The notes under the pieces: generated by a model
What the model saw: the letters and a program-made list of their open reading frames with translations, nothing else
The model's database searches: none
Told to the model about the DNA's origin: nothing
NCBI GenBank assembly: GCA_963826525.1
Contig: CAWGXH010000003.1
Location: forward strand, 256,001 to 320,000
Length of the DNA: 64,000 nt
Direction: 5' to 3'
Source of the DNA: an uncultured Methanomicrobiaceae archaeon
GTDB taxonomy: Archaea; Halobacteriota; Methanomicrobia; Methanomicrobiales; Methanoculleaceae
Translations under genes and position numbers: made by a program
Part shown: in pieces, positions 20,383 to 30,151 of the stretch
Numbering within the stretch: the first letter of the stretch is position 1
How the letters are laid out: each line of letters begins with the position of its first letter

Positions 20383-22156
20383 TCACAAGAGCTCATTCTT
20401 GTGCAGGAACTCGCGGATCTCGCGGCTCTCAACCCATCCCTCGTCGAGCCTGCCTGACGAGAGCGTTGATCCGGAGCACCTGCTCCCGGATACTCGCGGC
20501 GGTCTTCTCGTCATCCATGAGATCCGCCCTGGCCAGGATCACCTGCAGGGGATGGCGGACGTGGTCGCCGAGGATGGCGAACTGCTCCATGTTATGCTCT
20601 ATCTGGTCGAATGCGCGTTTCCGAACCGATTCTGCCGCAATACGGCCGGTCACATCCCGGGCGACGAGGATGTAGCCGGTGACCTCGCCTCCCGTCTCCG
20701 CCAGGGCGGCCCCGTTGGTATCGATATAGAGGGGCCGGCCATCCTCACGGTACTGCATCAGCTCGCCGCTGTCAGGACCCTCTCTCTCCAGCGTCCGCAG
20801 CATCGTGGCGGGCTCGGCTCCCGGGCTATCCGAGTGAATCAGTTCCAGGAGAGAGCGGCCGATCGTCTGGTCTGCCTTCCAGCCGTACAGGTCTTCCGCC
20901 GCCCGGTTCCATGCCGTAATCATAAACCGCTCGTCGGTGGCGATGACTGCGTCGCTCACGTGGTCGAGGAGATAGGCGTGGTAGGCGAGCTTTTCGCGCA
21001 ACCGTTTCCGGTCGGTGATATCCCGCCCGATCGCCTGGAATCCGACACAGTCCTTTGAGACGGGGATCGGCGAAACGCTGAGTTCGAGCGTGACGCCGCT
21101 GCCGTCTTTGTGCCGCATCTCGATCGGGTAGCCCTCGGCACCCCCTTCCCTCGCCATCTTCCTGAGGGTCTGCACCTGCGGCTGCTCCGGGTGCAGTACA
21201 TAGTCCAGCCACCGGGTGCCGACGGCCTCCTCCGGTGTATACCCGAGAATCCGCGTCACGGCCGGGGAAACGTAGGTGATCCGCCCGTCACAGTCGGCGG
21301 TGACGATGACGTCGAAACTCCGCTGGGTGATCGACCGGTACATCTCCTCGCTCTTCCGGAGCGCTCCTTCCGCCCGCTTGCGCTCGGTGATATCGCTCAG
21401 GACGCCGATTAAACCTACCAGGCGGCCATTCTCCATGAGGCGGCGGCTGGACGTGACGACGTGGTGCACGGTGCCGTCCCTGGCGAGCACCCGGAACTCA
21501 TACGGCTCCTGCAGATCGGCCAGTGTCCTCTCAAGACTCGCCTGCAACCCGGGGAGGTCATCGGGGTGAACGTACCGGGAGAATGGCTCTCCGATGACGT
21601 CCGACACGCTGTATCCGGTAAGCCGTTCCAGCGCCGGGCTCATGTACGTGATGCGGCCGTGAGGATCGATGGTAAAGATCACCTCGTTTATCCCCTCGAC
21701 CAGGGTGCGGTACTTCTCTTCCGAGAGCCGGAGTGCCTCTTCGGCACGTTTCTTCCCGGTGATGTCCATGAACGAGACGACGCTCCGGTCCGATCCGGCG
21801 ATGAGCGCGACCGTGACCACGACGCTTCGTTCTGCTCCGGCGGCATCCCGGAGAGTCGCCTCATAGGTTCGTGGTGCGGCTGACGGCTTCACCCGGCGCA
21901 GGCGGTGGTAGTGTCTCATCCGTTCCCGGTCGGCTTCTCCGGGGAGCCTGTCCCAGAAGATCGTGCCTTCGAGATCCGACCTGGCATAGCCGAAGCTCCT
22001 CTCGAACTCGGCGTTGGCGTAGGCTATTCTCCCGTCGCCCTCGACGATCATGATGGCCGTGCCGGTATTCTCGACGATCGCCTGGTAAAGGGGTTCTGAA
22101 GGGGATGGCGCTTCGTGTGCCTGCTGCTGAATCTCGGTCCGGCTACTCTTTTTCAT
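20383..22156 (-). CDS. Four-PAS protein with C-terminal DHp-like tail and no HATPase domain; frameshift near 20455
   Basis: Four PAS/PAC domains, then QIEHNMEQFAILGDHVRHPLQVILARADLM...(Q)LDEGWVESREIREFLHKNELL. Confidence 0.85.
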
Positions 22157-23159
22157 CGTCCATCGGCTGGTCGCGTATCTTCGGTGATCGCTGCTCATCA
22201 ATCTTTCGGGGCATGGGTGATACCCCGGCCTTTATGAGCGTGAACCGGAACACCGCCCCTTCCTCGGGGCGGCCGGCCGCCCGATCCTCGATCCAGATTC
22301 TGCCGCCGTACCTTTCCACCAGTGTCCGGACGATGAAGAGCCCGAGGCCTTCCCCGCGACCGGACGCTCTGCCCCGCTCGAACCGGGTGAAGAGTTTCGC
22401 CTTTATTTCGTCCGGCACGCCAGGGCCGGTGTCCTCGACCGAGATCAGCACGTCACCGTCCTGCTCCTCGACGCGGACGGTGATCTCCACGTGTGAGCCG
22501 CCGTGCTTCACGGCATTGCCGATGAGGTTCGTGAAGACGGTCGGGAGGAGGCCGTCCGCCAGCACATCAACCGGAGGATCGATATACCGGATCGGTGCAT
22601 CGGGGAAGTTCCTGATCTCATTCCTGATGACCGCATCGAGGTTCACCGGCATCAGGTGGTTGGCCTCCTCGGAAGCCCGCCGGATGGTGGCGACGTTCAT
22701 GAGGATCTCGCTGCTCCGGTCGATGCTGTCATGCAGTTTTTCCGCGTAGGTCTTCAGGGCTCCGTCCGCGAGGTCGACCAGGAGGTCGGCGTACATGCTC
22801 GAGACGTTATTGGCGTTCCGGACGTCGTGGGTCATGATGTCGAGGTACATGTTTGCCTCGTCGCGTGCTGCAACGACTTCCCGACTCGACCGGGTGAGGG
22901 CTTCTTCGGCCGCCTTTCGTTCATGCACCTCGACCGTCATCGCGCTGAGGAGCTTCTGCTGGCTGCGAAAGACGAAGTACGCGGCGAATACGGCCAGCAG
23001 GGTGGTGAACGCGATGGTGGTGATATGCGTCTCCGTGATGGAGATGTTCGGGTAGAGATACGCCTTACCGAACTGGAAGACGCTCATTAAGAGGAGCGTG
23101 ATTACGGCGACCTTGCCGAGTGCCAGAGCCATGTTGCCGGACCGGAAGTCTTCGTTCAT
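22143..23159 (-). CDS. Two-TM histidine kinase (subfamily B)
   Basis: Two hydrophobic helices, then YLDIMTHDVRN, NLIGNAVKH, DTGPGV, GEGLGL. Confidence 0.9.
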   Translation of the reverse strand: MNEDFRSGNMALALGKVAVITLLLMSVFQFGKAYLYPNISITETHITTIAFTTLLAVFAAYFVFRSQQKLLSAMTVEVHERKAAEEALTRSSREVVAARDEANMYLDIMTHDVRNANNVSSMYADLLVDLADGALKTYAEKLHDSIDRSSEILMNVATIRRASEEANHLMPVNLDAVIRNEIRNFPDAPIRYIDPPVDVLADGLLPTVFTNLIGNAVKHGGSHVEITVRVEEQDGDVLISVEDTGPGVPDEIKAKLFTRFERGRASGRGEGLGLFIVRTLVERYGGRIWIEDRAAGRPEEGAVFRFTLIKAGVSPMPRKIDEQRSPKIRDQPMDDEKE

Positions 23160-23733
23160 AGTCGCCCTCCGGAAAAGGGATGTATCTCTTCACGTACCGT
23201 GCGGGAGCGTCGGCGTGATAGAGGAACGGATACTGCTATGTGCGCAGGTATATCTCGCGGGAAAATGGGTACTCCCCCGTATTTTTGGTGGATGAGGTGG
23301 GTTTCAGATGCTGTCCGATATTTGTAAGGTACCTGAATCTTGCGCACTCGTCATGATAAAGCATTCTCCGGCATCTTTATGGCGCATCCGCGTGGCCTGG
23401 CTATCTCCGCGGTTACAGGATATTTTAGCAAAAAACCCGCCTGGAATGAGCATTCATATTCAGGACGAAGGGGAGGGGCGGTATCCCCTCACTCGAGCGC
23501 CGGCATGCCGTCCGCCGGAGGCGCTCTGATCATGGTGCGGATCGAGTGTCGTCCTGGTAACTTGTGATCCGGACGGCGTCACGGGAGAACGTGACGTAGT
23601 AGAAGGACTTCCTGAGATATCCAACCCGATCGATCTACGTCGGTTAGCGAAATGAGCACCTTGCCATCTCCGCAGAATGTGAACCCTGCCGGACACCCGT
23701 GCAGCGGTTCTGCGCCCGACCGGAACTCTCCCT

Positions 23734-23880
23734 CTAGCAGCATCCACCCCGCTCCGGCAGCGGCCGGAGGCGGTCCTTCTCCCGCTCCAGGCAGGCGTCG
23801 CAGAGGAGAACGATCCCGCGACTTTCGTGATTCACCCGGAGAAACCGGGTGCCGGGCGCTTTGCAGAGATCGCAGTTCAC
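23734..23880 (-). CDS. 48-aa Cys-rich zinc-finger-like microprotein
   Basis: The GTG start overlaps the TGA of the upstream gene (GTGA). Sequence CDLC...CDAC...GGCC. Confidence 0.65.
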   Translation of the reverse strand: MNCDLCKAPGTRFLRVNHESRGIVLLCDACLEREKDRLRPLPERGGCC

Positions 23881-24236
23881 CGCCGGATCGCCTCCCGCAC
23901 GACGGCGGCGAGCCGCTCGATCTCGTCGAACCGGGGTTCGGCCATTCCGTTCTTTTCGATCCCGCAGGAGGTTGCGATGATATGCAGGTGCGGCTCGATC
24001 CCGAGCGCCTGCAGTTTCTTCCTCCCGCAGCAGTCGGAGCATCCATCGAGGACTACCAGATACTCAGCTCCTGCAGCGGCCTGTTCAAGAACTCCTGTCG
24101 GGCATCTTGCAGGAATATGGTCGTCGAATAGACCCGGACTGCGCCGCAGCAGTGCTGCACCTGCCTGCAGGGTCAACTTGCCGGTATTCGAAAGTCCTGA
24201 ACAGGTGACCAGCGTGATCTGTCGATGCTCACTCAT
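23877..24236 (-). CDS. DGC-domain putative zinc-binding protein
   Basis: TCSGLSNTGKL...VVLDGCSDCC. Confidence 0.8.
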   Translation of the reverse strand: MSEHRQITLVTCSGLSNTGKLTLQAGAALLRRSPGLFDDHIPARCPTGVLEQAAAGAEYLVVLDGCSDCCGRKKLQALGIEPHLHIIATSCGIEKNGMAEPRFDEIERLAAVVREAIRR

Positions 24237-24604
24237 CGCCGGCCCCCGACGCCAAAGACCGTATCAGGAAAAGCACGCTCTTCTCCATCGTATCCACCGT
24301 TTCATTCCAGTTCGGTTGTTCGGAACACCGCTTTCGCGATCGGTTCCGGTGCTGTCTTTCGGAAAGCGTTCCCCCATCCGGTTCCGCCCGACAGCAACTC
24401 CTTTCGCATCCCGGCCCTGGCGTATCCGCTCGATCATAGCGTGCCTCGCTGCATCTCCCGCCGGGATATTTTCCTTTTCTCTATATGTCGGTCATCTGTT
24501 GATAATGCGTGCGTTTTCATCACGCGTGCACTCACGGGCTTCGCCGTCCTTCCGGGAAGGTATATATATTGTCCGAACTCCGTATCGGTCAGCGGAGTGA
24601 TTGC

Positions 24605-25243
24605 ATGCCTGGTACGGAAAAAATTGATATACCTGCATGGGTCTGGGAGTTTCACGGGCACACCTGTCCGTTCATGCCCATCGGATACAGGATGGGAATT
24701 ATCGCGATGCGGGAGCTGGACGTGGGACGCATAGGGGATCACGGCGCTTTCGGTTTCTCCGAGATGGGGGTGGGGCATCCGCAGACCTGCCTGATGGACG
24801 GGTTCATGGCGGTAACCGGTTGCACCTACGGGAAGCTTATGATGGAGCGGCTCAACTACGGAAAGGTCGCCTGTATCCTGTATGTGCCGGGGAAAGGCGC
24901 TATCCGCCTGTACCTGAAGTCGGATTTCCAGGACGCGCTCGGCAAGGAAGAATTTTTTGCCTACCGAAAACGAGGTGTCGAACCCTCGAAGATTCCGCCG
25001 GACGTGGTGAACAGGGTGGTCGATGTCGTGCTGACGGCATCCGAAGATGAACTGTTCACGGTCGAGAGGCTGCCGGACTTCACCTTCAGCCGCCCGAAAG
25101 GCTCCTTTGCGAAGATGAAGTGCAGTAAATGCGGCGAGTACGTCTTTGAAAGGTACGTGAGAATGGTCGACGGCAGGCCCGAGTGTATTCCCTGCTCGGA
25201 TTATACCCAGACCTGGGTGAATATCCTCAAAGGGATGCAGTAG
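24605..25243 (+). CDS. FmdE family protein
   Basis: EFHGHTCPFMPIGYRMG, TCLMDG...TGCTYGK, and a C-terminal CSKCGE...CIPC zinc finger. Confidence 0.9.
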   Translation: MPGTEKIDIPAWVWEFHGHTCPFMPIGYRMGIIAMRELDVGRIGDHGAFGFSEMGVGHPQTCLMDGFMAVTGCTYGKLMMERLNYGKVACILYVPGKGAIRLYLKSDFQDALGKEEFFAYRKRGVEPSKIPPDVVNRVVDVVLTASEDELFTVERLPDFTFSRPKGSFAKMKCSKCGEYVFERYVRMVDGRPECIPCSDYTQTWVNILKGMQ

Positions 25244-25257
25244 CCGGAAGGTAGCCA

Positions 25258-26034
25258 ATGGACAGCATCCTCCTTATTGCGGTGGTTGCGGTCTTTCTGG
25301 TATCCGTGATCTTCTCGATGTTCGGCCAGGGCGGCGGCTCTCTTTATACGCCAATCCTTTTTCTCCTGGGCTACGCCGTTCTGGTATCGATATCCACATC
25401 GCTGGTGCTGAACCTCCTCACTGCGCTTTCAGCCACGATTGTGTATTACCGGGCGCATCTGGTCGACCTGCGGCTCGCTCTCTTTTTCATCCCCGGCATC
25501 TGCATCGGGGCGTTTCTGGGGGGAGTCCTGACCGATCGTATCGATAATCCCGATATTCTGATGTGGCTCTTCGTCGTCTTCCTCGTCGGTGCGGGAGCAC
25601 GAATGGTCTACACCTACTGGGAAAAGTCGCCGGGGGAAGAAGCCTGTCCCATCAGTCTGTCGCGGCGCATGTACGTCGTGATTGTGGTATTCAGCTTCGT
25701 CGTGGGCATTCTCTCCGGCCTGCTCGGGGTGGGGGGAGGAGTCGTGATCGTGCCCTTCCTGGTCTTTCTCTGCCGCTACCCGATCAAAAATACGGCTGGT
25801 ACGGTCGCGTTTATCGTCATCTTCTCCTCTCTTTTCGGCGTCATAGGTCACGCCGCGTACGGCAGCCTGGATCTGGGGCTGATACTCGCCACAGCAATCG
25901 CTGTTTTTATCGGCGGCACCATCGGGGCACGAAGCATGATCCGGATCACGTCGGGGCTGGTTAAAGTCGGATTCGGGATTATTCTCTGGGTGTTTGCGAT
26001 TCAGTTGATCCTGAAGTTGATCCATATCGTATAG
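25258..26034 (+). CDS. TauE/SafE family membrane exporter
   Basis: Multi-TM protein with the repeated motifs MFGQGGGSLYTP and GLLGVGGGVVIVP. Confidence 0.88.
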   Translation: MDSILLIAVVAVFLVSVIFSMFGQGGGSLYTPILFLLGYAVLVSISTSLVLNLLTALSATIVYYRAHLVDLRLALFFIPGICIGAFLGGVLTDRIDNPDILMWLFVVFLVGAGARMVYTYWEKSPGEEACPISLSRRMYVVIVVFSFVVGILSGLLGVGGGVVIVPFLVFLCRYPIKNTAGTVAFIVIFSSLFGVIGHAAYGSLDLGLILATAIAVFIGGTIGARSMIRITSGLVKVGFGIILWVFAIQLILKLIHIV

Positions 26035-26123
26035 GCATTCCGCGGATCTTCCGATGTCCCCCGCCGTCTGCGAGCGATCAAGCGTTGTGGGTGCAGACAA
26101 CGAGCACGCGCGTCGTCACGGTA

Positions 26124-26973
26124 TCACAGAAGCCCGAGTGCTTTCAGCGCCGCCCGGGCGATCAGCTCCGGCGGGATCGCCTCGTAGCGTTCGCCCTCGG
26201 TACTCGACCGCCCGGCACTCCACGTTATCCTGGCCGGTGATACAGGCGCAGGAGCAGCAGGGCGTGCTGGTCACTTCCATTCCCTCGATCAGGTCCTCGA
26301 GCAGCACGCCGTTGAAGAGGATGCTGTTCGACTCCGCTATTGCCTCGTCCGGGAGGACGGTCTCGACGAACCTGACCGTGATGCCCTCCTCCTCGAGGAC
26401 CGGGCGCATCTCCTCGACGACATCGATCACCGCTCGTCCGGTCTCTCCGCACCGCTCGCAGGTGTTCTCCACGTCTCTTCCGATATGCCGCCATTCGACG
26501 ACAAGAGTGTCTGCCTGTCCTGCACAGCCGCACCCGCCGGCCGGCCGGCAGCACGCCTTCTCCTCCTCGCCTCTTCCTTTCCCCTCCCAGGCGGCGGAGA
26601 CGACCGTCTCCGCATCCTCTTCGGCGAGGTCAAGGCTCCCGCCCTTCGCGATACTGAGATCCGTGACCACGATCACCTGGGTGGGTGTAACGCCTGCCTG
26701 TTCGGCGATCTGCCGGGCGCACCCGACCGGGCAGCCGTCGATGACGATCACCTCGTCCGCCTCCTCGATCTTCTTCTTTATAGAGGGTGTCCCGATAGCG
26801 AGCGACGCCGTGCAGGCGATATTCCCGTATCCTTCCTTCGTCAGCCGGACGGCAGCCTCGTTCGAGAGTTGTCCGACGTTCGATGCACCGGCGCAGGCGA
26901 AGATGATCCGCTTCGTTCCGCCTTCCGGCTCCGAAGCCGTGCAGGTGCACCGGGGTGTGGTCTCTTCCGTCAT
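26124..26973 (-). CDS. DGC domain - DUF2703-like fusion; frameshift near 26190
   Basis: ACAGASNVGQ...VIDGCPVGC, a CC..GGCGC linker, then VEWRH...TCERCGET...ESNSILFNG...CCSC...CRAVEY. Confidence 0.75.
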
Positions 26974-26974
26974 A

Positions 26975-27217
26975 TTACTTCACTCCCAGCAGTATCTGTT
27001 TGATATCCTCGACGCAGGGAACGTGCCCGACGACTTTGGGCTCGCCGTCGACGTAGAGCGCCGGTGTCAGCATGACCCCCCGTTCGATCATCGCATCGAG
27101 ATCTTCGATCTTCCTGATCTCGGGATCGATCCCGAGGTCTGTGACCGCAATCTCGACATTCTTGAGCATCCGCCTGCACTTGACGCAGCCGGTTCCGAAG
27201 ACCTCGATCAGCACCAT
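26975..27217 (-). CDS. Small thioredoxin-like redox-active disulfide protein
   Basis: IEVFGTGCVKC...GVMLTPALYVDG. Confidence 0.9.
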   Translation of the reverse strand: MVLIEVFGTGCVKCRRMLKNVEIAVTDLGIDPEIRKIEDLDAMIERGVMLTPALYVDGEPKVVGHVPCVEDIKQILLGVK

Positions 27218-27248
27218 CTCTCCTCTTCCTCCGGGGGGATGTTCATCC

Positions 27249-27485
27249 TCATCCCTGCAGGATCTCCTTGATCTCTTTGACGTCCGCCACCCGGCCGGAG
27301 ACCTTGAGTTCCCCGTCGACGGCGAGCGCCGGCGTCAGCATCACGCCGCGCTCCATGATCTCGGTGATGTCGTCGATCTTGACGAGTTCGGCCTCGATGC
27401 CGAGATCCTTGATCGCTGTTTCTGCATTCTTTGTCAGCCGCTTGCACTTGGTGCAGCCGGTTCCGAGTACTTCAACTTTTATCAT
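27249..27485 (-). CDS. Small thioredoxin-like redox-active disulfide protein
   Basis: VEVLGTGCTKC...GVMLTPALAVDG; paralog of the neighbouring gene. Confidence 0.9.
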   Translation of the reverse strand: MIKVEVLGTGCTKCKRLTKNAETAIKDLGIEAELVKIDDITEIMERGVMLTPALAVDGELKVSGRVADVKEIKEILQG

Positions 27486-27754
27486 CGTTTCTTCACCTCA
27501 TCTCGATACTCCCGGAGGAGCGCCGCCCGGTAGAGCGATTCGGCCTCCTTTGGGATGTAGTTGTAGATCTTCACCTGTTTGAGCAGTTCATCGCCGATAG
27601 CGGTTTCGCCGGAAAGACCGAGATCGATGATCTCGGCCAGGATATCGTCGAGCATCGCGAGCCCGACGACGACCTCCCCGACCTCGACCCGGCGGATCCG
27701 CCGCAGTGCCTCGGCGGCGCAGCAGGGTTTCTCTCGCTTCTTCTTCGTCTCCAT
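27482..27754 (-). CDS. Hypothetical protein with N-terminal CC motif
   Basis: KPCCAAEALRRIR...KIYNYIP. ATGA overlap with the downstream thioredoxin. Confidence 0.75.
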   Translation of the reverse strand: METKKKREKPCCAAEALRRIRRVEVGEVVVGLAMLDDILAEIIDLGLSGETAIGDELLKQVKIYNYIPKEAESLYRAALLREYRDEVKKR

Positions 27755-27770
27755 ACACGTGCCCCCTCTC

Positions 27771-28850
27771 TCATACGAGCAGCATGCCGTTCCCGTACAG
27801 GAACCCGGCGATGGTCGCAAAGACGACCACCAGCGCCACGTAGGTCGCTGTCTTCGCCGCCCCGACGATCCGGTAGATGACGAGGATGCTCGGCAGGCTG
27901 ACCGTCGGCCCGGCCAGCAGGAGGGCGAGCGCCGGGCCCGGAGCCATGAGCCCCGCCGAGTAGCCGAAGGTCGTGCCGATGATCGGGACCTCGAGCAGCG
28001 TCGGCATGTAGAGGATCATCCCGACGATCGAGGCCAGAGCACAGGCGACAAACGAGTTGTTCCCGAAGTAGGGCTGGAAAGTCTCCGGCGGGAGGAAGAA
28101 GGCGATGATCCCGACCACGAAGGTTCCCGCGATCAGGATCGGGAAGATCTTCTTCGTGAGATCCCATGTCTCGAGCCCCCAGTCGGTCACCTCGTCCTTA
28201 TCGTAGTAGTAGATGAGCAGGACGGCGATCGCGAGCGTGAGAATGTAGACGATGCCGAGCCGGAGCGCCCAGTCGAGCTGCGACGCCCCGAAGACCAGCA
28301 CGCCGATCATGAGAGCGAAGAACGTGGGCGTGACCCAGCCTGGCTTCTCCTCCTCGCAGGCCCCGGCGACGCTCGGCGCCATCGCTTTCCGCTTCAGGGT
28401 CTCGACGTCCGTCGACCGGAAGATCAGCGCCATGGCAAGCCCGATGACGATCGCGAGCAGGACCGCGGAGACCGCCCGCGCTACCCCGAGGTCGTACCCG
28501 AGCACCCGGGCGGTGTAGATGATGGCGAGGATGTTGATGGCCGGCCCTGCGAAGAGGAAGGTGGTTGCGGGGCCGATACCGCTCCCTTTCTTGAGAATGC
28601 CTGCGTATATCGGGAGGATGGTGCAGCTGCAGACGGCGAGGATCGTCCCCGAGACCGATGCGATCCCGTAGGAGACCGGTTTCGGCGTGTCCGGGCTGAA
28701 ATACTTTAGTATCGCGTCTTTCTTGACGAAGGCCGCGATGGCGCCGGCGATGAAGAACGCCGGCACCAGGCAGGTGAGGACGTGCGCCGAGAGATAGTCG
28801 AGCACCGCTGCGAGCCCCGATGCAAGAGCGGCGGTGAGTATGTCGATCAT
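27771..28850 (-). CDS. ArsP/DUF318 family permease
   Basis: HVLTCLVPAFFIAGAI, AVCSCTILP, FLFAGPAIN, LLLAGPTVSLP. Confidence 0.9.
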   Translation of the reverse strand: MIDILTAALASGLAAVLDYLSAHVLTCLVPAFFIAGAIAAFVKKDAILKYFSPDTPKPVSYGIASVSGTILAVCSCTILPIYAGILKKGSGIGPATTFLFAGPAINILAIIYTARVLGYDLGVARAVSAVLLAIVIGLAMALIFRSTDVETLKRKAMAPSVAGACEEEKPGWVTPTFFALMIGVLVFGASQLDWALRLGIVYILTLAIAVLLIYYYDKDEVTDWGLETWDLTKKIFPILIAGTFVVGIIAFFLPPETFQPYFGNNSFVACALASIVGMILYMPTLLEVPIIGTTFGYSAGLMAPGPALALLLAGPTVSLPSILVIYRIVGAAKTATYVALVVVFATIAGFLYGNGMLLV

Positions 28851-28891
28851 GGTCTGTTCCTTTTTGTACTACCTGTATGATGTTTTCGTGT

Positions 28892-29218
28892 TCAGATGAC
28901 GGCAAGAGCCTGGAACGCCACGCCGGCGAGGACGGCGACCCCGAGGACGACCGCCACGAAGGCGGCGAGAAGGCGCCGCTCGAAGATCGCGGCATGCAAT
29001 GGCAGCCGTACTCCGTCATCGTCGCCATACGCCCCCCGCATCAGGATGATCCCGGTGAGCAGGGCGACCGCGACGATGACGACCGCAAGCAGCACCCACA
29101 GGAGTTCCGCTCCGATCTCGATCGTCTGTAGCGGGTCGGCCAGTCGTTACTCCTCCGCCCAGGCATGGATCTCCTCGTCGAGTTCGTCTTCGGTCAGGGT
29201 CATCGGTTCGTCCGGCAT
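28892..29218 (-). pseudogene. Small two-TM protein interrupted by an in-frame TAA (29147-29149)
   Basis: MPDEPMTLTEDELDEEIHAWAEE*RLADPLQTIEIGAELLWVLLAVV... continues in the same frame to 28892. Confidence 0.55.
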
Positions 29219-29231
29219 CGGCCGGTTCCGG

Positions 29232-29372
29232 TCACTCTTTCTTCTCGCCCGTCTTCTTCGGCACGATCTTCACGTCGCCGCAACAGCAGCCGCAGCCGTT
29301 CTCCGGCGTGAAAAGCCTCTTGATCCGTCAGGCGATGCCTTCCTTCCGGTTTTTGCTGGTGTCGTCTGTCAT
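29232..29372 (-). pseudogene. 46-codon Cys-rich peptide interrupted by an in-frame TGA (29328-29330)
   Basis: MTDDTSKNRKEGIA*RIKRLFTPENGCGCCCGDVKIVPKKTGEKKE; first ORF downstream of the operator palindromes. Confidence 0.55.
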
Positions 29373-29391
29373 AGTGATACGCTCCAGGGTG

Positions 29392-29409
29392 TTTCAATAT
29401 AATTTGAAA
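29392..29409. promoter_or_regulatory. Putative ArsR operator palindrome 1
   Basis: TTTCAA-tataat-TTGAAA, a perfect 6-6-6 inverted repeat 20 bp upstream of the leftward operon. Confidence 0.7.
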
Positions 29410-29443
29410 TTACGTGGGCAGCACCACCCCATAAAGGTTCTGG

Positions 29444-29461
29444 TTTCAAAAAGAGTTGAAG
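29444..29461. promoter_or_regulatory. Putative ArsR operator palindrome 2
   Basis: TTTCAA-aaagag-TTGAAG. Confidence 0.6.
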
Positions 29462-29716
29462 AATCTGTGCAGGCAGACCCGGCGGTATTCGGTGTCTCTC
29501 CGGTCAGGAAGGCAAGGGTCTCCCGGTTGAGTTCGCGGACACGGCCTCTGTGCTGACCACACCGCCGCAAGCTGGTCTTCGGCATAGGACGTGTGGAGGT
29601 GTATCTCTGGTTCCCTGTCGCCACCGACGGTGTTTGCTTTCATGCTTCTCTCCCCGTTGCTGTCAGAGCACTCTCCGACACGATCTGCTTTCATGCACAA
29701 GGTTTAAATCTTTTTT

Positions 29717-29738
29717 CATTTCATAAAATATTGAAATG
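29717..29738. promoter_or_regulatory. Putative ArsR autoregulatory operator
   Basis: CATTTCA-taaaatat-TGAAATG, between a TATA-like tttaaat (29703) and the arsR start. Confidence 0.7.
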
Positions 29739-29754
29739 CTGGGGCGGTGTTCGG

Positions 29755-30138
29755 TTGGATAACAGCGGAGACGATGATATATCTCGAATAGTACCCCTCC
29801 CACCCGGGGTCGAGGAGTCGCTCTGCCGCTGTGGCGGTATCGAAGGGCTGGTAGAGCAGTTGCCGGATGATGCGGTACTGGTACAGCAGAGCGCCGTCCA
29901 CCGTGCGCTCGCCGACCCGCTACGGCTGAAGATCCTCGCCATGCTCGCGCTGCAGCCGCTCTGCGTCTGCGTGATCAAGGCGGTGCTCGGGATCGCAGAC
30001 TCAAAACTCTCCTACCACCTATCGGTCCTGAAGAAGGCCGGGCTGATCGTCGGCGACCAGCAGGGAAACTGGATCGTCTACCGCCTCTCGTTCGAAGGAG
30101 CCCGGTGGGCTGCGGCGGTCTGCGAAAGATCGGAATAG
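29755..30138 (+). CDS. ArsR/SmtB family transcriptional regulator
   Basis: RALADPLRLKILAML...LCVCVI...SKLSYHLSVLKKAGLI...GNWIVYRL. The TTG start is uncertain. Confidence 0.9.
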   Translation: MDNSGDDDISRIVPLPPGVEESLCRCGGIEGLVEQLPDDAVLVQQSAVHRALADPLRLKILAMLALQPLCVCVIKAVLGIADSKLSYHLSVLKKAGLIVGDQQGNWIVYRLSFEGARWAAAVCERSE

Positions 30139-30151
30139 CAGCGCATCGAAG

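Noticed and set aside
26124-26136. 13-bp match (tcacagaagcccg) to the R1 core
   Set aside because: Short, lies in a coding 3' end, and the flanks do not align; probably chance.
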